From the NCBI GenBank assembly GCA_033442325.1, contig JAWQFM010000011.1, positions 1,113,687 through 1,177,686 on the forward strand: a stretch of DNA of 64,000 nucleotides, given 5' to 3'. The notes beneath the pieces are model-generated. The model ran no database searches. It was not told where the DNA came from and was given only the letters and a program-made list of their open reading frames with translations. The DNA comes from Salpingoeca rosetta. Its lineage: Eukaryota; Protista; Choanoflagellata. The first letter of the stretch is position 1. Every line of letters begins with the position of its first letter. The translations under genes and the position numbers were made by a program. This document shows positions 1-17,399 of this stretch, in pieces.

Positions 1-858
1 GTCATGTTACACTGCGATGGTGCTGATGATGACAAGCTGGCAGTCATGCCGTGCACGCTAGCCTCCAGCCACCACGTCTCTTCTGCGTGTGTGCTGACAC
101 CGCCACGGTGTACGTGACCGCCATCACACGAGGTATCGTCCAAAGCGGCCGTCATTCCTGTTGCTTGCGCTCCTCCCGACACGCGAAACACAATGTGCCG
201 CACCCTGAGCTCAGCAGTCAACGGAATAGCACGGCTCAGCACATCACCAGCACCATCGCCTGCAGCAACTTCCGCACATGTGTCGTTTGTGTGCGGGTGT
301 GGTTGACCACCACCGAGCCCGCCGCGGCAGTGATGACCTGGGTGTTGCTGCTCTGACTGTGGGTGGCCCTCATGGTCGTCGTTGTCGGCAACGCAGCCAG
401 CGCAGCTTTCCTTAGCACCACCCAACGTCGTGAGGGACGAGAAGACAGCGCTCAGTGCAGCCATGTCATCAGCATGTGCGCGCGCACCCTCGAGTGCAAG
501 AAGAACAACTTCCTCGGGGATGTGCACACACACACCGCCCGGCAGCTGCACAGAGACGTGTGCAGGATCGTCCGTCTTGGACAAACGCACATCAATTCGC
601 GCCGCCACCTCCACTGTACGCACACCAGCGCGAGCGCCTCTCTGATGACTACGAGAGTTTTCATTGTCACCATTAGCCGTGGTTGCGTTGTTGGCAACAG
701 CAGCCGGGATGCCACGTGCGTTGTCGTCGCCGTCTGTTGGTCGTGCTGTGGATGATGTTGTGGGTGGGACTGGAACGTGGTAGGGATGAGTTGTGGCTTT
801 GGCGGCAAATGCGTCAGGACAGCGATCCTCCACATGGCGATGGTGTCCGTCGTCGTCG

Positions 859-897
<39 letters not shown>

Positions 898-3878
898 CCC
901 TTGTCAACATAGTCATCGTGTTCATCAGCATTTCTGTCAACGACACCATCTGCGTGTGCGCATCGAACACCAACAAGCGTGTGCTGCCACATGTCATCTC
1001 GCAACAGCTCGGTTGCCAGCCGCACACACGTGCGCATGGGGCGATGCCGCTGTGTGCATAGGGTCACGTCGCCAAGCAGAAGCGAGTACGTCGATTCGAC
1101 GGCGCTGGTGCGGGCTCGGAACGTTGTACCAATCACTTGCACACGTAGCAGCGGCACCGCCAAGCCAACAATCCCCGCCACATTCCGCAGCGCCTGTGCA
1201 TGCAACACGGCGTTGTGCGAACCAAGCTGCTGACGCTGCTGCTGGTGCTGCTGGTGCTGGAAGCTGAGTCGGTCGTGGTGTGATTGGTTGTGGTGTGATT
1301 GATTGTGGCGTGGTAGGGCATGGTGCGGTTGTTTGTGAAATGCTTGCTCGCTCTGACTGCGTCCCTGCTGCTGCTCTTGCTGCGGAACAAAGGTGTTGTG
1401 TGGCGGTACATCGTGTGCGGGGCTCTCTGCCTTGTACATGACAAGGGTGACGCGGGCAAGCGACACGGCCATGTCCAGGCTCAACTGCGGCGCCCGCGCT
1501 CCTCCAAACAGCACCGAGGACGCAGCGGAGGCGAAGCTGATGGCCGACGCATTCGATGCTGTGCGGCGATGCCCACGTTGATGTTGTTGGTGGCGGTGAT
1601 GGCGATGTTCGTAGTGGCTGCTTGCGAGGTGCGGAGAGTGGAGAGAGTGGAGAGAGTGGCGTGCTTGTGAAAACGACCCTGATGGACTGCGAGTCCCTGT
1701 TGCTGGGATTGGGCGTGTCGGTATCCCGTGGGTCTGCGAGATCCAGGTGGCATGGAAAGTCCTTTCGTCCACTTCAACAAGACCGTCGCTGGCGTGTCTA
1801 CCACCAACATCGCTGACAATATCATCGTCTGCGTATGCAGTCATCATTACCGGAATGCCGCTCAACACCGGTCCCGCTGCTACCGGTGTTGTTGGAGCCC
1901 CTGTCACTGCTGTCGTTGATGGTGATGTCGCTGTGCCCATGCTCGCGCTGCGTGTGTGTCCGCGGACGCGACGACGGTTGCGGGAATGCGTTGGTGACGG
2001 TGATGGCGAGGTGTCTGCACTTCGCAGTCGCCGGCGCTGCTGGTGCTGGTGTTGGTGCTGGTGCTGGTGCTGGTGCTGCTCTTGTTGTTGTGGTTGCTTC
2101 GATTGTCGTTGATGATGTCGTTGATGTTGCTGCTGCTCTTGGTGTAGTTGTGTGTGCGCAATGTCACTGCTGTGCGCACGCGTTGGTGTCAGTGACGACC
2201 AGCGACCAGCAACATCGCGGCCTGGCGAGCGAGTCAGCTTTGCTGCGTACCTGTCCAGCCGTTCCTGTGCCATCCACCACGACGTGGCATACACATCACC
2301 TTCCGCATCGGCTGCATTGCTGTCATCTTGCAGACGCCTGCGGCGTGTCATTGCAGACGTGACGCAGCCCACCCGCTCTTGCCAAGAAGAGTTTGGTGGT
2401 GGCGGCGAACGCCAGTGTAAGTGCGTAAGCGCCAGGGCAAACGGCAGTGCGTTGCTCATGGCAACCTCAAGCATTCCGGCCACTTGGTCGTTGCTGAGAA
2501 ACGCAACAATCTCGTGTGGAGCCTCCACAAGCAGTTCGTGTGTGAGTGTTGCATGCGAATCAATGCCTTGCGCACCATCAACATCAGCGCCGCTGTTACT
2601 GCCACCAGCAGCACCACCGCCGCCTCTATGCGTGGGCACAAGCGTGAACGTGAAATCGAGGTCTGTGATGATGGGAGCCCTCAGTGTCATGTCCCTCTGG
2701 TGCCTGTACACGTCCAGCCACGAGTCTGCAGTGGTGCGTGGGCGAAGCGTGTACGCGGAGATGCCTTTGAGTTGCAGTTGCACGCGAGTGGATGAGCCAA
2801 AGAGTCCGTTTGATCCCAGCGAAAATGCGGCATCCAGCGTCGAGTCAAAGGATGCATTTGGGCCCTTGTCTTGGGCAATGTTTCCATGGGTCCACCAAGG
2901 CTGTCCTTGCGTCTCGTTCACATTCCCTGCTGCTGTTTGCGCAGCTGCTGAGGGCCACTCTGACGCGCACACCCGTGTGCTCTGCAGAACGAACACAAGG
3001 AGCGTCGGGTCATGTTGAGTTGCTGCTGCTGCAGGCGTTGATGCAGTAGCTGCTGCTGCCGTTGTCGGCACGAGCAACGACAACTCTTGCACATCCACAT
3101 CCACATCTAATGCAGACGAAGTGGCACCTGGCGTGAGGGCGTCAGTCAGGTGGTCGTGGGCTGAGAGACCAAGCAGCCCCGCAGCCAAGTTGCTGGTGCT
3201 GGCGTAGCGTGTACTGACACCACTCTTTGACGTGTGCTGGTCATCATCCCCACTGACAGCGTATGCAAGCGTGCGCTCCATGGTGTTGATGACACCGTTG
3301 ATGATGCCGTGACACACGTGAACGGCTGGTGTGAGTGCTGGCATCCATCCCACCAGAGTAGCACCACCACAGCGAACACGCACTGATGGCGCAGCCGCAC
3401 CTCGCTCAGCTCGTTGTTGTTGTTGTTGTTGTTGTTGATGATGATGATGATGTTGTTGTTGTTGTTGTTGCGGCAGGGATACGTCTAGAATAAGGAACGG
3501 CAGCGTGCTGCTTGTCGCAGCAGCAGCAGAAGAAGAAGAAGACATGGAAGGAGCAAGTGGTGGCGCTGTTCCTGTTGGTCGCTGTGAATGCGTGATTGTG
3601 GATGAAAGAGGAGGGCGGGTGCGCAGTAACACAATTGGCGATGGGTCGGTAGCGTCTGCAGCAGTAATTGCCTGCATGCACACGCCTCCAACCTTTAACT
3701 GCGCTTTGACGGCTTTATCCGCGCCGCTGCGCCACACATTTGCATTGACGTCGTCGACTGTCAGGCTCAGGCTGCACAGAGGTGTTGATGGCGAAGATGA
3801 TGAAGAAGACGTCGATGGTGAAGTCAGTCGCAATGATACACTGGGCAAGTGCATGCTGAGTGATCTTAACAGCTGCCG

Positions 3879-3940
<62 letters not shown>

Positions 3941-4961
3941 GGGAGGATGACAGCACGCATGCGAGCAAGGCGAGGGCAGCGTCACGCAAAAGGGTTGTCT
4001 CCATCACTTCCATCACCGCATGAACAGCAGCTTCGTTTGCATCGACAGCAACAGCACCAAGCGCGACGGAGCACCGCAGGCGACCGCAGCCCAACACATC
4101 ACCACCAGCGGGCTTGTAGTGCTGCATGCTTTCATGCACATGCAGGTGGGCGCGTGTTTCTTGCATGCAGGCAAGGCGATGATATGAACCCTGGACGGCA
4201 CGATGCTCAGGGGTCCTGTTGCTGCAGGGTAACACATCCAGAGCAAAGGGAGACACGACGACGGACCACGGCAGCGTCGGTTGTGACAACTCTAGCAGCA
4301 GCGGCAGCTCCGTCATGCGTGTGACGTGTGGTGTGGTGGTGTTGGGGGTGATGGTGATACTCGGCACATGCATCACCATCATTACTGGTGCTTCAACGGA
4401 GCCGACAGCGAATGGTAACCCGCCCAGGTTGTCGCCGCTGCTGTTGTTGCTGCTGTTGTTGTTGTTGAGGCCTGCGGGGTTGGAATGTATGTGGCGGATT
4501 AATGACGGCAGGAAGGACGTACGGGACAAAACGTCGCTGTGATGAACGACAGCAAGGGCACCAGACGCAAGGTCTGCTTGCATGACACAATGCGACAGAT
4601 TTCCCAGCCAACCCTGTCCCTGCTCCTGTTGCGGCTGCTCGCTGCTATGGAGGTTTCTGTCGTTTTGCTGCTGTGGTGTGGACGGCTGCTCTTGCGTTGG
4701 TGCTGAAGCGGCTGCTTCGAGACCAGGCCCACACGACACCAACTCCAGCACGTGAAAGGCAGCGGTGCATGCTGCATCAACGCACGATGCGTCCAGTGCA
4801 CCCGCGAAAGGAGAGGTGGTGATGGTGAACACATTTGGTCTGAAGGTTGACTCCACGGACATTGGGTCCACATCGCCACCACCCGCTCCTGACCATTCAG
4901 CCGTGGTTGATGACGGCCATTCTGTTTCCAGCGTCACAACAAGCGCTGTGCTTGGTTCTGG

Positions 4962-5032
<71 letters not shown>

Positions 5033-5086
5033 GCTGCTGCTGCTGCTGCTGCTGTTGTTGTTGTTGTTGTTGCTGCTGCTGCTGCT

Positions 5087-5118
<32 letters not shown>

Positions 5119-5414
5119 TGCTGCTGTGCTTGGTGGCCGTTCGCAGCAATGTCATTGTTGTGCCAGTGATGGGCGGCTGGCGAGCACGGCATGAGGAAGA
5201 GGGTGCATTGCTCGCCATCAAGCAGAGAGGGGTGTCTGCGCTGGCATTTCAGTTCCACGATGCCACACCGCAGCGCCTGTTGATGCCACGCCACAACCAG
5301 CCAGAGTGAGCAAGCGTGGGCGAGGTGTCACATTTGCAGAAGCCCAAATAACCATGCTTCAACAACACATGCATTCATGGCCAAGGACACGGACACGGAC
5401 ACGGACACGGACAC

Positions 5415-5455
<41 letters not shown>

Positions 5456-7282
5456 AGCACCAGCACCAACACACACACACACACAAACGCACACACACAC
5501 ATATACACAAACGCACCAGAGCTTGATTGACGACAAGTTCAAGGCAGAAGCCGGACGCTGTCAGCACAATCGGACACAGCAATGTTTCCGATTGTTGTTG
5601 TTCGCGGTGCGTGCACTGTATGAGAGCGTGCAGGTCAAGTTCGCCGCGTGCAAGCGTAATGTCAGCGTTGCACGTGCGCACGCACTGCATCCACCGATGC
5701 TGGCTGCCACACCCATCATCGGCCCTGGGAGTGCAGGTAGACTCGCTGTGGCTGTCTGAATCGTCTGTGCATATGAAATCGAGTAGACCTTGTGGGTGCA
5801 CCTCCACCCGACACGCCACCCGCAGCTGCCGGGCCGTGAGCGCTGCCAGCTCCACCTCATCCACCGCCACGTTTGCTTCGTCACGTGCTGTATCATTCTT
5901 TGGCCCGCGTGTTGCAGTCGGTACAGATGTGGAGGACCTGGCACCAGCAGTCACACGCTCGCAGTCAAACTGCACCAGCGCAGTGATTGGAAGCCGCAGC
6001 GGTGCTGGCAACGAAGAAGGCGCTGTCGAGGAGGCTGCACTCTCCGCATCGTGCCAACTCGAGGTGCTCTTTGTGGCCGAGAATGCGGCTGCTGCCAGGG
6101 GCGTTGGGACTTTGATTGATGCCGTCAGGCGGGTGTTGTCAACTGTGCATGCAAGCACGCGTGGAGGGAGTGACTGTGGCTGCATGGTCGCAGCCAGCAC
6201 CCAGCTTGCATCACACGACACGACAAAGTGGTCCAAGCTTCCGGTCAGCTTCAGAAAGCGAAGGCGATCAACGCTCCACAGTGGCGGCGGCGAGACGTCC
6301 TGCTCACCACCGTCATCTCCAGCGTAGTCATCATCGTAGTCCTCGGCACCGTTGCCGTCAAAGTCATCACCACCGCCATCTTGGTTGTCGTGATCATTGG
6401 GTGCAGTGTGTGCAGCGTGTTTGGTGTCGAGTGTTTCGTCTGCTGCATGCGGTGAACTGGCGCCATCGCGCGGTGTACTGGTGTGGCGTGGCGGACGCCT
6501 GTCTTGGTCATCGTCTCCGCTGTGGTGGCCATGAAGCGTGTCTCCGAGTCCGCTACGAAGTTCAGTGGCCAGTTTGTCCACCATTGCCGCGGCACAGTCA
6601 ATGCCATGCATGATGTCAGCATTTAGAGTGACTGCGCACGTGGAAACAACGCACGACACATCCAAATGTGTTCGGCGCGCTGCCGCCGCAGCCGTTGTTC
6701 TGTCACCTCCAACGTGCCTGCGCTGCTGTGGATGACCGTGGGATGGCGCTGCTGCTGTTGACGCTGACGATGGTGAGTCATCAGTGGCTTCGAGCGCGGC
6801 GCGGAGTGAAACCCCGCCATACCGCTGCGATGGCGCCCTGCACGTCATGCATGCGTGTACATGTGTGCGCGCGTGTGTGACCAAGTGAGTGCGCATGTGC
6901 GTGTGTGTATGTGTGAGGATTCGAAAAGAACAAATGTCACAAGTCCCCTCCCACTTTCTAGGAGGAGCACATGCGAGCTCCTTTCGTGCCAGAAGCGCGC
7001 GCGCGAGAGAGAGACAGAGAGTGCGAGTGCATCAACAAGCACCACAGGCAAACGTTTGCCGGACCTTCCAGTGGGCGTGGAAGCTGTTGCTTGGAAGAAC
7101 AGCGTGTCACGAAGATGTGCAGCGCCGTTGCCGACGTCGGCACTGCCACCGCCACGGCCACCAGTACTGTTGCCATCTGGACCTCGCTTCCCGTTCGAAC
7201 CCGCGTGTCGGGCGTGATCGATCTCACTCTCTTCACTGCTTGCCATATCCTTACCGTCACGATTATGGCGACCACCACCACC

Positions 7283-7313
<31 letters not shown>

Positions 7314-8032
7314 GCGGCGGGACGGTCCATGCGCCTCGCATCATGATCTCCACCATCGTCATCGCCGCTGTTCCCGTGACCGCCACTGCGTTGGTTGTTC
7401 GACCTTGCACTGCGCCGGCCAATGAAGACAAAGACGTGGCCATCACCAGCACCAGCATCAGCACCAGCACTAGCATCAATACTCGCTCCTGCTACTGTTG
7501 ATGCAATGTTGGTGTTTAACGATGACGCGGACAGCAGCAAGTGCGACGAGGCACGTGCACGCCCTGCCGTTGCTGCGTGCTGTGCGTTGGACGGCCCAGT
7601 CGCGGTGGCAGCAGGTGTTGCAGAAGCGTGTGGAGGCCGTGGCGGCTGCAAGGACGGCATGATGATACGGAAGGTGTTGAATCCAGCAGTCAGCTGCAGG
7701 TGTGTTGATGGAGACGTGAAAGCAGACAGGCCAGCGCCTGCCAAATGCAAGGACAGCAAGGGCGTCGTGTGCACGCGGCAATAGGCGAGAAAAGGGTCTC
7801 GCAGGACTTGCTGAAGGCTCGTCAGGTGCAAGGACAGCTGCCCCACGTGCACTCCTCCCTGGAACATCACAGCAGCGTCATCGACCGACTGTTCCCGTGC
7901 TGTCGCCGCTCTGCCTTGACGTGTCCTTGTTGTTTTTGGTGCTGCTATGCTGTCACCCCCATCATTGATACCTGGTTCATGTGTATTTGCCCAATCATCA
8001 CTGTCGCCGGTTGCGTTCCCGTCATCATCATC

Positions 8033-8064
<32 letters not shown>

Positions 8065-9021
8065 CTTCATCATTGCCCCATAACCAGAGATTCCACCATG
8101 AGCCAGCGGTTTCTGCCGCCAATGGCGTGTTTACTGCTGTCGCCGCTGCTGTTGCGCGCTGCCGGTTCGGATCGTCCGCTGTCGCATGTGATGTCCCAAT
8201 GACTGCTGCTGCTGCTGCTGCTGTTGTTGATGTTGTTGATGTTGTTGCTGTTGTTGCTGTTGCTACAGCCGCTGCGGTGTGAATGCGATCTGCTGCCAAT
8301 GTGTTGCGAGTGTGTGGGGTAGTGTGTGGGGTACTGGACAGCACAGGACGACGCGCGGCAGCAGCATCTCCAGCGTCCTCTCCACCCTCTTCTTCTTCCT
8401 CCTCTTGTTGCTGCTGCCGGTGAAGACGTGTCAGATGTCGTTCTGTCGTGTGTATGGCTGCGACGATGTCGCATGCTGCTGTGACCAGTGCTGTTAGCTG
8501 CTGGTCGCACAGGGTGATGGTGGCGGAGGGGAGGTGTACGTCTGCTTGCACCAGGCTCGGTCCTGCTGTGAACCCGTGCGTAAACGTCAGCCTACGCGTA
8601 TGTGACGCGCGAGCAATAGGTGCGCAAGTGTGTGCGCATGTGAGTGAGTGAGTGAGTGAGTGAGTGAGTGAGTGAGTGAGTGAGTGAGTGAGTGAGTGAG
8701 TGAGTGAGTGAGTGAGTGAGTGAGTGAGTGAGTGAGTGAGTGAGTGAGTGAGTGAGTGAGTGAGTGAGTGAGTGTGTGTGTGTGTGAGTGTTGATGTGCG
8801 GTTGCAGCAATGACGTCCCGATCAGCGCGTCATGACACCTTTGCATACCTTGAGCGAACATGCACGTTGAGGTTCGACAGCACGGGCGGATACACGACGT
8901 TTGCTGAGCTGTCAGCCTGAAGGGGGGATCAAAGTGTACAAGAGTGATTGAATGTAAGCATACGAATAAACAGCGAAGTGAAAAAGCACACTGACGGCTG
9001 GAGCATTCACATGCACACACA

Positions 9022-9060
<39 letters not shown>

Positions 9061-10172
9061 ACACACACACGTACGCATGCACAAATACACGCACGTGTGA
9101 TTCGTCGAGGTGGAGAGTGATGCCGCTGAAGCTGAGCTGCTTGTGCATGGCAAAGTGCTGGGCGTCTACCTGACACGTGGCGGGTTTCCAGTTTGCACTG
9201 CACGTCATAACTTCGATCGTGTGCACATGAACGCGCGCAACGACCGGGTCCATGCTTGCATGCAGCGTCAGCCCGTTCACCCGAAGCACAATATTAGCCA
9301 GCACGGTGTGCATCAAGTTTTGCAGGTACCCAGGGGCAGACGCGCTGACGCTGGCCGAAGAGGATTTGCGCGACAACGGCGGCTGCTGGCGCTGCTGCTG
9401 CTGCTGCTGCTGCTGCTGTGTGGCGATGATGAAGCGCCACGAGGCGATGTTGCAGTCTGGGTTGCGCTCCCGCGTCGTGGGGACCCACGCCGCGACGACG
9501 CGGACAGCGAAGGGGACGAGGGTGGTGTGCTGCGCGCTGCAGGCGATGACGGTGCATCGGGTGCCCGCGCCGGGTGGGATGACAACAGGTGCGTGAAGGT
9601 GGCGGCGGACACCGCGGCATCGGCGTCGATGGACATGAGCGTGCAGTGGACATCCTCCAGCGTGACAACCACGGGCTCTGACCCGATGCGTGTCCATGGA
9701 ATCTCAATGATGAGGCGGCCAACTCGCCCATGCGCCAGCTGTATCCCCAGCAACCAAAGTCCAGTTGAATGGGGTGATAGCGTATGCATTCAGAAACGCC
9801 AGTGAGCGTGTATCATGCAAGCGAGTACCATGTGGTTTGTGATTGTAAGTGAGTGAGTGAGTGAGTGAGTGAGTGAGTGAGTGAGTGAGTGAGTGAGTGT
9901 GATTGTGAGTGAGTGTTGATGTGCTGCACTCGTACGATGGGAGGGAAGTGGCAGACCAACACGGGTCACCACACAGTGATCGCAGGGAAGCAGCTCACGC
10001 GAAGGCATGGCGGCAGCTCGAGCGTTTCTTGCAGGACAGCTGTGTTCAAGTTGAGGTTGGCCAATGTCGCCTTGCCGTGCCAGAACGACAGGTTCAGCTG
10101 CGATGCATCAAAGTTGGTCACATAGTCCTCCAGGTACCCGGCCACCACTCGCTGCACATACTGTTCAAGCAT
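1..10172 (-). CDS. VPS13B: VPS13B-like bridge-like lipid transfer protein, N-terminal part (spliced; continues beyond left edge)
   Basis: Chorein_N start MLEQYVQRVVAGYLEDYVTNFDASQLNLSFWHGKATLANLNL (10172-9999), then GRLIIEIPWTRIGSEPVVVTLEDVHCTL and PGYLQNLMHTVLANIVLRVNGLTL...HKQLSFSGITLHLDE, which track the animal VPS13B N-terminus. Large exons follow (ORFs 6845..8551, 5328..6896). A final exon begins at acceptor CAACAG|5276 and appears stop-free to position 1. Confidence 0.8.
4960..5125 (-). repeat. (CAA/CAG)n coding trinucleotide repeat giving a long polyQ in the VPS13B-like giant exon
   Basis: (TTG/CTG)n on the + strand, in the stop-free minus frame. Confidence 0.85.
8640..8788. repeat. 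(GTGA)n / (TCAC)n tetranucleotide microsatellite, intronic
   Basis: Direct reading. Similar tracts at ~9848-9898, 47340-47410 and 54946-55072 read (CACT)n on the sense strand near intron 3' ends. Confidence 0.95.
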
Positions 10173-10291
10173 ACGCGCCTGTCAGCAGGAACAAAAGGGA
10201 GGAGCTCCAAAAGAGGGAACCAGTGGGCGAGTGAACGATGTGTGTGTGTGTGCGTAAGTGAACGTTGTGTGTGTGTGTGTGTGTGAACGTT

Positions 10292-10446
<155 letters not shown>

Positions 10447-10587
10447 CGTTGAGGGGTCGGTGTCGTTTCCCTGCTGACTGCTGACAGGACCACCGAGCGG
10501 TTTGTGGGCATTGTGGGCGATTCGCCATATCTTCCAGTAATAACCCACCACCCACGTGAAGGCAACAAGGAAAGCAAACCAGCAAGC

Positions 10588-14165
<3,578 letters not shown>

Positions 14166-14490
14166 CACGGGCATGTGCTTGTTGTTGGGTGTTGTGTCTT
14201 GTCCGGGTCTGAGTCCGTGTGCGTGTGCATGTGTGCGACTTGTGGTCTTATGGAATCATTGTGTGGATTCGCTGTACATATGAATGTGATGCATGTTGTC
14301 GTTGGTGCGTGTGTGTGTGTGTATGTCAAGGTAAACTCGTTTAGCGTCGCCACAATACACGCGCGTTCCACCATCAACGCCAGCGAACAATAGGGAGAAG
14401 AGCACAAGAAAGAGCGAAAGCGCAGGAACAGCTCGGGCAGCAACAAAGAACAGTCGAGAGCCACGTACAAACACAAGACAGAGATAGCAA

Positions 14491-14522
<32 letters not shown>

Positions 14523-14540
14523 ACAATGCTACACGAGTGG

Positions 14541-15914
14541 TCATTCGCCCGTGTCAATGAGCTCCTCGTTGTTTCCCAGCAGCGGCTCCCGCAGACCGCC
14601 ACCGCCACCACCACCGCTGCTGTTGCCATTGCTGTCATTGGGGCGTGTGGGCGTTCGGTCCAGCGAATCTTGCGTCACGTGTGCACGGAATGCTGTGGAT
14701 TGCATCATGGGTGGCCCAAACGGGCGCTGAGTGATGGTCTTGCGGTGGTGCATGTACGTGCCAGCCTCGTCACCAAGGCCAACCTCCTCTTCAATCTCGG
14801 TGCTGGTGAGCAGCGGTGTGGCCTTGGTCGGCTCCAGCCCAAAGGGGATGTGGCCAAAGGTTGCGTCCATGCCAAGGGGCGCGTCCATGGATGGCATGTG
14901 TTTCCAGTAGCGAAACGCGGCGCCCTGACGGCCCCACGACACTTCTTCGTCCCAAACGCGTTTCAACACATGTTCGCAGCCGTGCGCGGAGAAGGGGTCG
15001 TACATCATCGCAGACACCTTGAACCAGCCAACCTGTAAGCAAAGGGGGGGGGGGAGGACAGAGGTGGTGGGATGTTGGGAACGCGAGGAGTGGATGGTGG
15101 GAACGGGAACGTGCGTGTGCGTGTGTGCGTGTGTGTGTGTGTGTGGGGGGGGGAGGATTGTCAGACACGCTCACACAAACAGACAGACAGATAGATCGTC
15201 AGGCAGAGCCACGGACAGACAGACAGGTCGGCAGACAGGCAGACACAACCACAGACACATGTGCACACACAGACACACACACAGACACACACACAGACAC
15301 ACACATGACCACACACAGACACACACACACACACACACAGACCAACACACCACATTAGCTGCACAGGAACAGGTGGCGGAAGCGACTTACGAAGAAGATA
15401 AACTCCATCATGCCAAACCAAGGGAGGTAGTAGTCCACAGTCTCGCCATTACGCAATCGCGGGGAGGATGAGGGAGCAGCTTCGTTGCTGAGGTGGAACT
15501 GGCGCCCAAACACGGCCGCAAGGAAGTACGAGTACACGGCAAAGCCAATGATGTTCACCATGACAATCGGGATGGGGTGGTTGTTGAAGCCACGCAGGAT
15601 GGCGTTTGACGTGCGCCACGCAACCAGCTCCTGATTGCGGCGTGTTGCGTGTTGTGTGTGTTGTGTGTTGTGTGGTGTGAAGAAGAAGAAGGAAGCAACG
15701 GACGGGTGGATCAGAGGGTAAGCGAGACACGGGGCACACACAAGAGCGTTTGAGATGCAAATTCATTTGGAGGCACAAAGTCAAGTCATCCACACACACA
15801 CACACACAGAGAGACAGACAGGCAGATAGATTTACAGACACACACACAGAGATAGATTCACAGACACACATGCAGACAGACAGACAGACAGATGCACAAA
15901 TAACCCCCTGGCCA

Positions 15915-15996
<82 letters not shown>

Positions 15997-17399
15997 CCCA
16001 ACGTTCAGCCACGGCTTGCGTTGCCACTGACCGTCCTGAGGAGGCGGAGATGGGAGGAGGAGACGACGTGTTGCGGGCGGTCGCGCTCGGCCCGGCGAAG
16101 CAGCTCCCCAGCCCACAGATAGCAAATCTCCACCTGCGCCTCGCACGTTTCCAAAAGCTCCCGCTCCTCGTGGGTGAGCAGGCCGGCGTCCATGAAGCTC
16201 TGCAGGTCTGGGTAAAGCTTACGGAAGCTGGTGGAGATGCGCTGGAAGGTGATGCCCATGCCGAGCAGGATCCACCGCATAAACGTCCATCGCACGTGCA
16301 GGCTGCCAGGGGCGAGGAAAGGCGAGGAAAAGCGGGGAGTGGTGGTGATGGTTGTGGTTGTGGTGGTTGTCGTGGTTGTCGTGGAGGTGAACGAGTGGGA
16401 ATGGTGGTGGTGTGAGCATGAGACGCACGAGAAGCAAGGCATTGGAACGCACGCACAGCATTGGAACGCACGCACAGCATTGGAACGTGCGCACAGCATT
16501 GGAACGTGCGCACAGCATTGAAGCGTATGCATATATGCATGCGGAGAGATGAACAGCAGCAGAGTGAAGCATCCAAAGCACATGTCAGAGCAGGCAGGCC
16601 AAAAAAAAAATAAAAATAAGAAAGAAAGCAAACAACAACAGACACATAGACAGCACTGCCAAGCGGTCACACACGGCAGTGGCGTCTCACCCCTCTGGGC
16701 CATCACGGTCGTCCATGTCGTGAATGAGAATGGCAATCTTGCCGATCCAAGGGATGGCTTGCCACTGGCTCCACCAGCGCCCGTAGACTTGTGTGACGTA
16801 GAAGCCCAGCACAAAGGTGAGGGGGATCAAGCCCTGAAAGCTCTTGCAGTAGGAGAAGAACGCCTCCATGCGGGACTGCACATGGTCATCGGACAGACGG
16901 TACACGGCTCCGACGATGCCGTACATCAGCAGCCAGATCAGCAGCTCTGGCACCACAGCCTGCAATGGAGTTGTGATGCGAAGGTGGGGGTGTGAGCGCA
17001 TGCATGGTGTGAGAGAACAGGATGACGAGCAGGCGCGGGTGCAGGCGCGGGTGCAGGCGCGGGTGCAGACGCGGGTGCACGCAAGGGAAAGTACACTGGC
17101 AAAGGAGTGTAGGCTGGGGAAGTGCACTGACAAGGCGTGCAGACTCACGCATACACACACACACACACACATGCAAACAAACACACACACACACACATGC
17201 AAACAAACACACGCACAACCACACACAACCACACACGCACCTGCCAGATGGAGTAGCGCCAGACGGAGAAGAGCCCCTGTCTAAAGATGGACAGTGGTTG
17301 TACATAGGAAGTTGACGACTGCTTGGACCGCCGTAGGTCCTTCTTCCACAACGGCGGGTCCTTCAAATGATCGTACGGATCAGGGTTGAAGATGCCCAT
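14541..17399 (-). CDS. Bestrophin family anion channel (animal-type, divergent C-terminal clasp)
   Basis: [92 protein letters not shown] motifs across five exons. Confidence 0.9.
16439..16521. repeat. 19-bp tandem minisatellite (GCATTGGAACGYRCGCACA) in a bestrophin intron
   Basis: Four full copies plus a partial copy read directly. Confidence 0.9.

Noticed and set aside
16439-16521. 19-bp repeat (and the 8-, 10- and 12-bp repeats at 40864, 50160 and ~17029) as CRISPR-like arrays
   Set aside because: Head-to-tail with no spacers, intronic, no cas genes, eukaryotic context.
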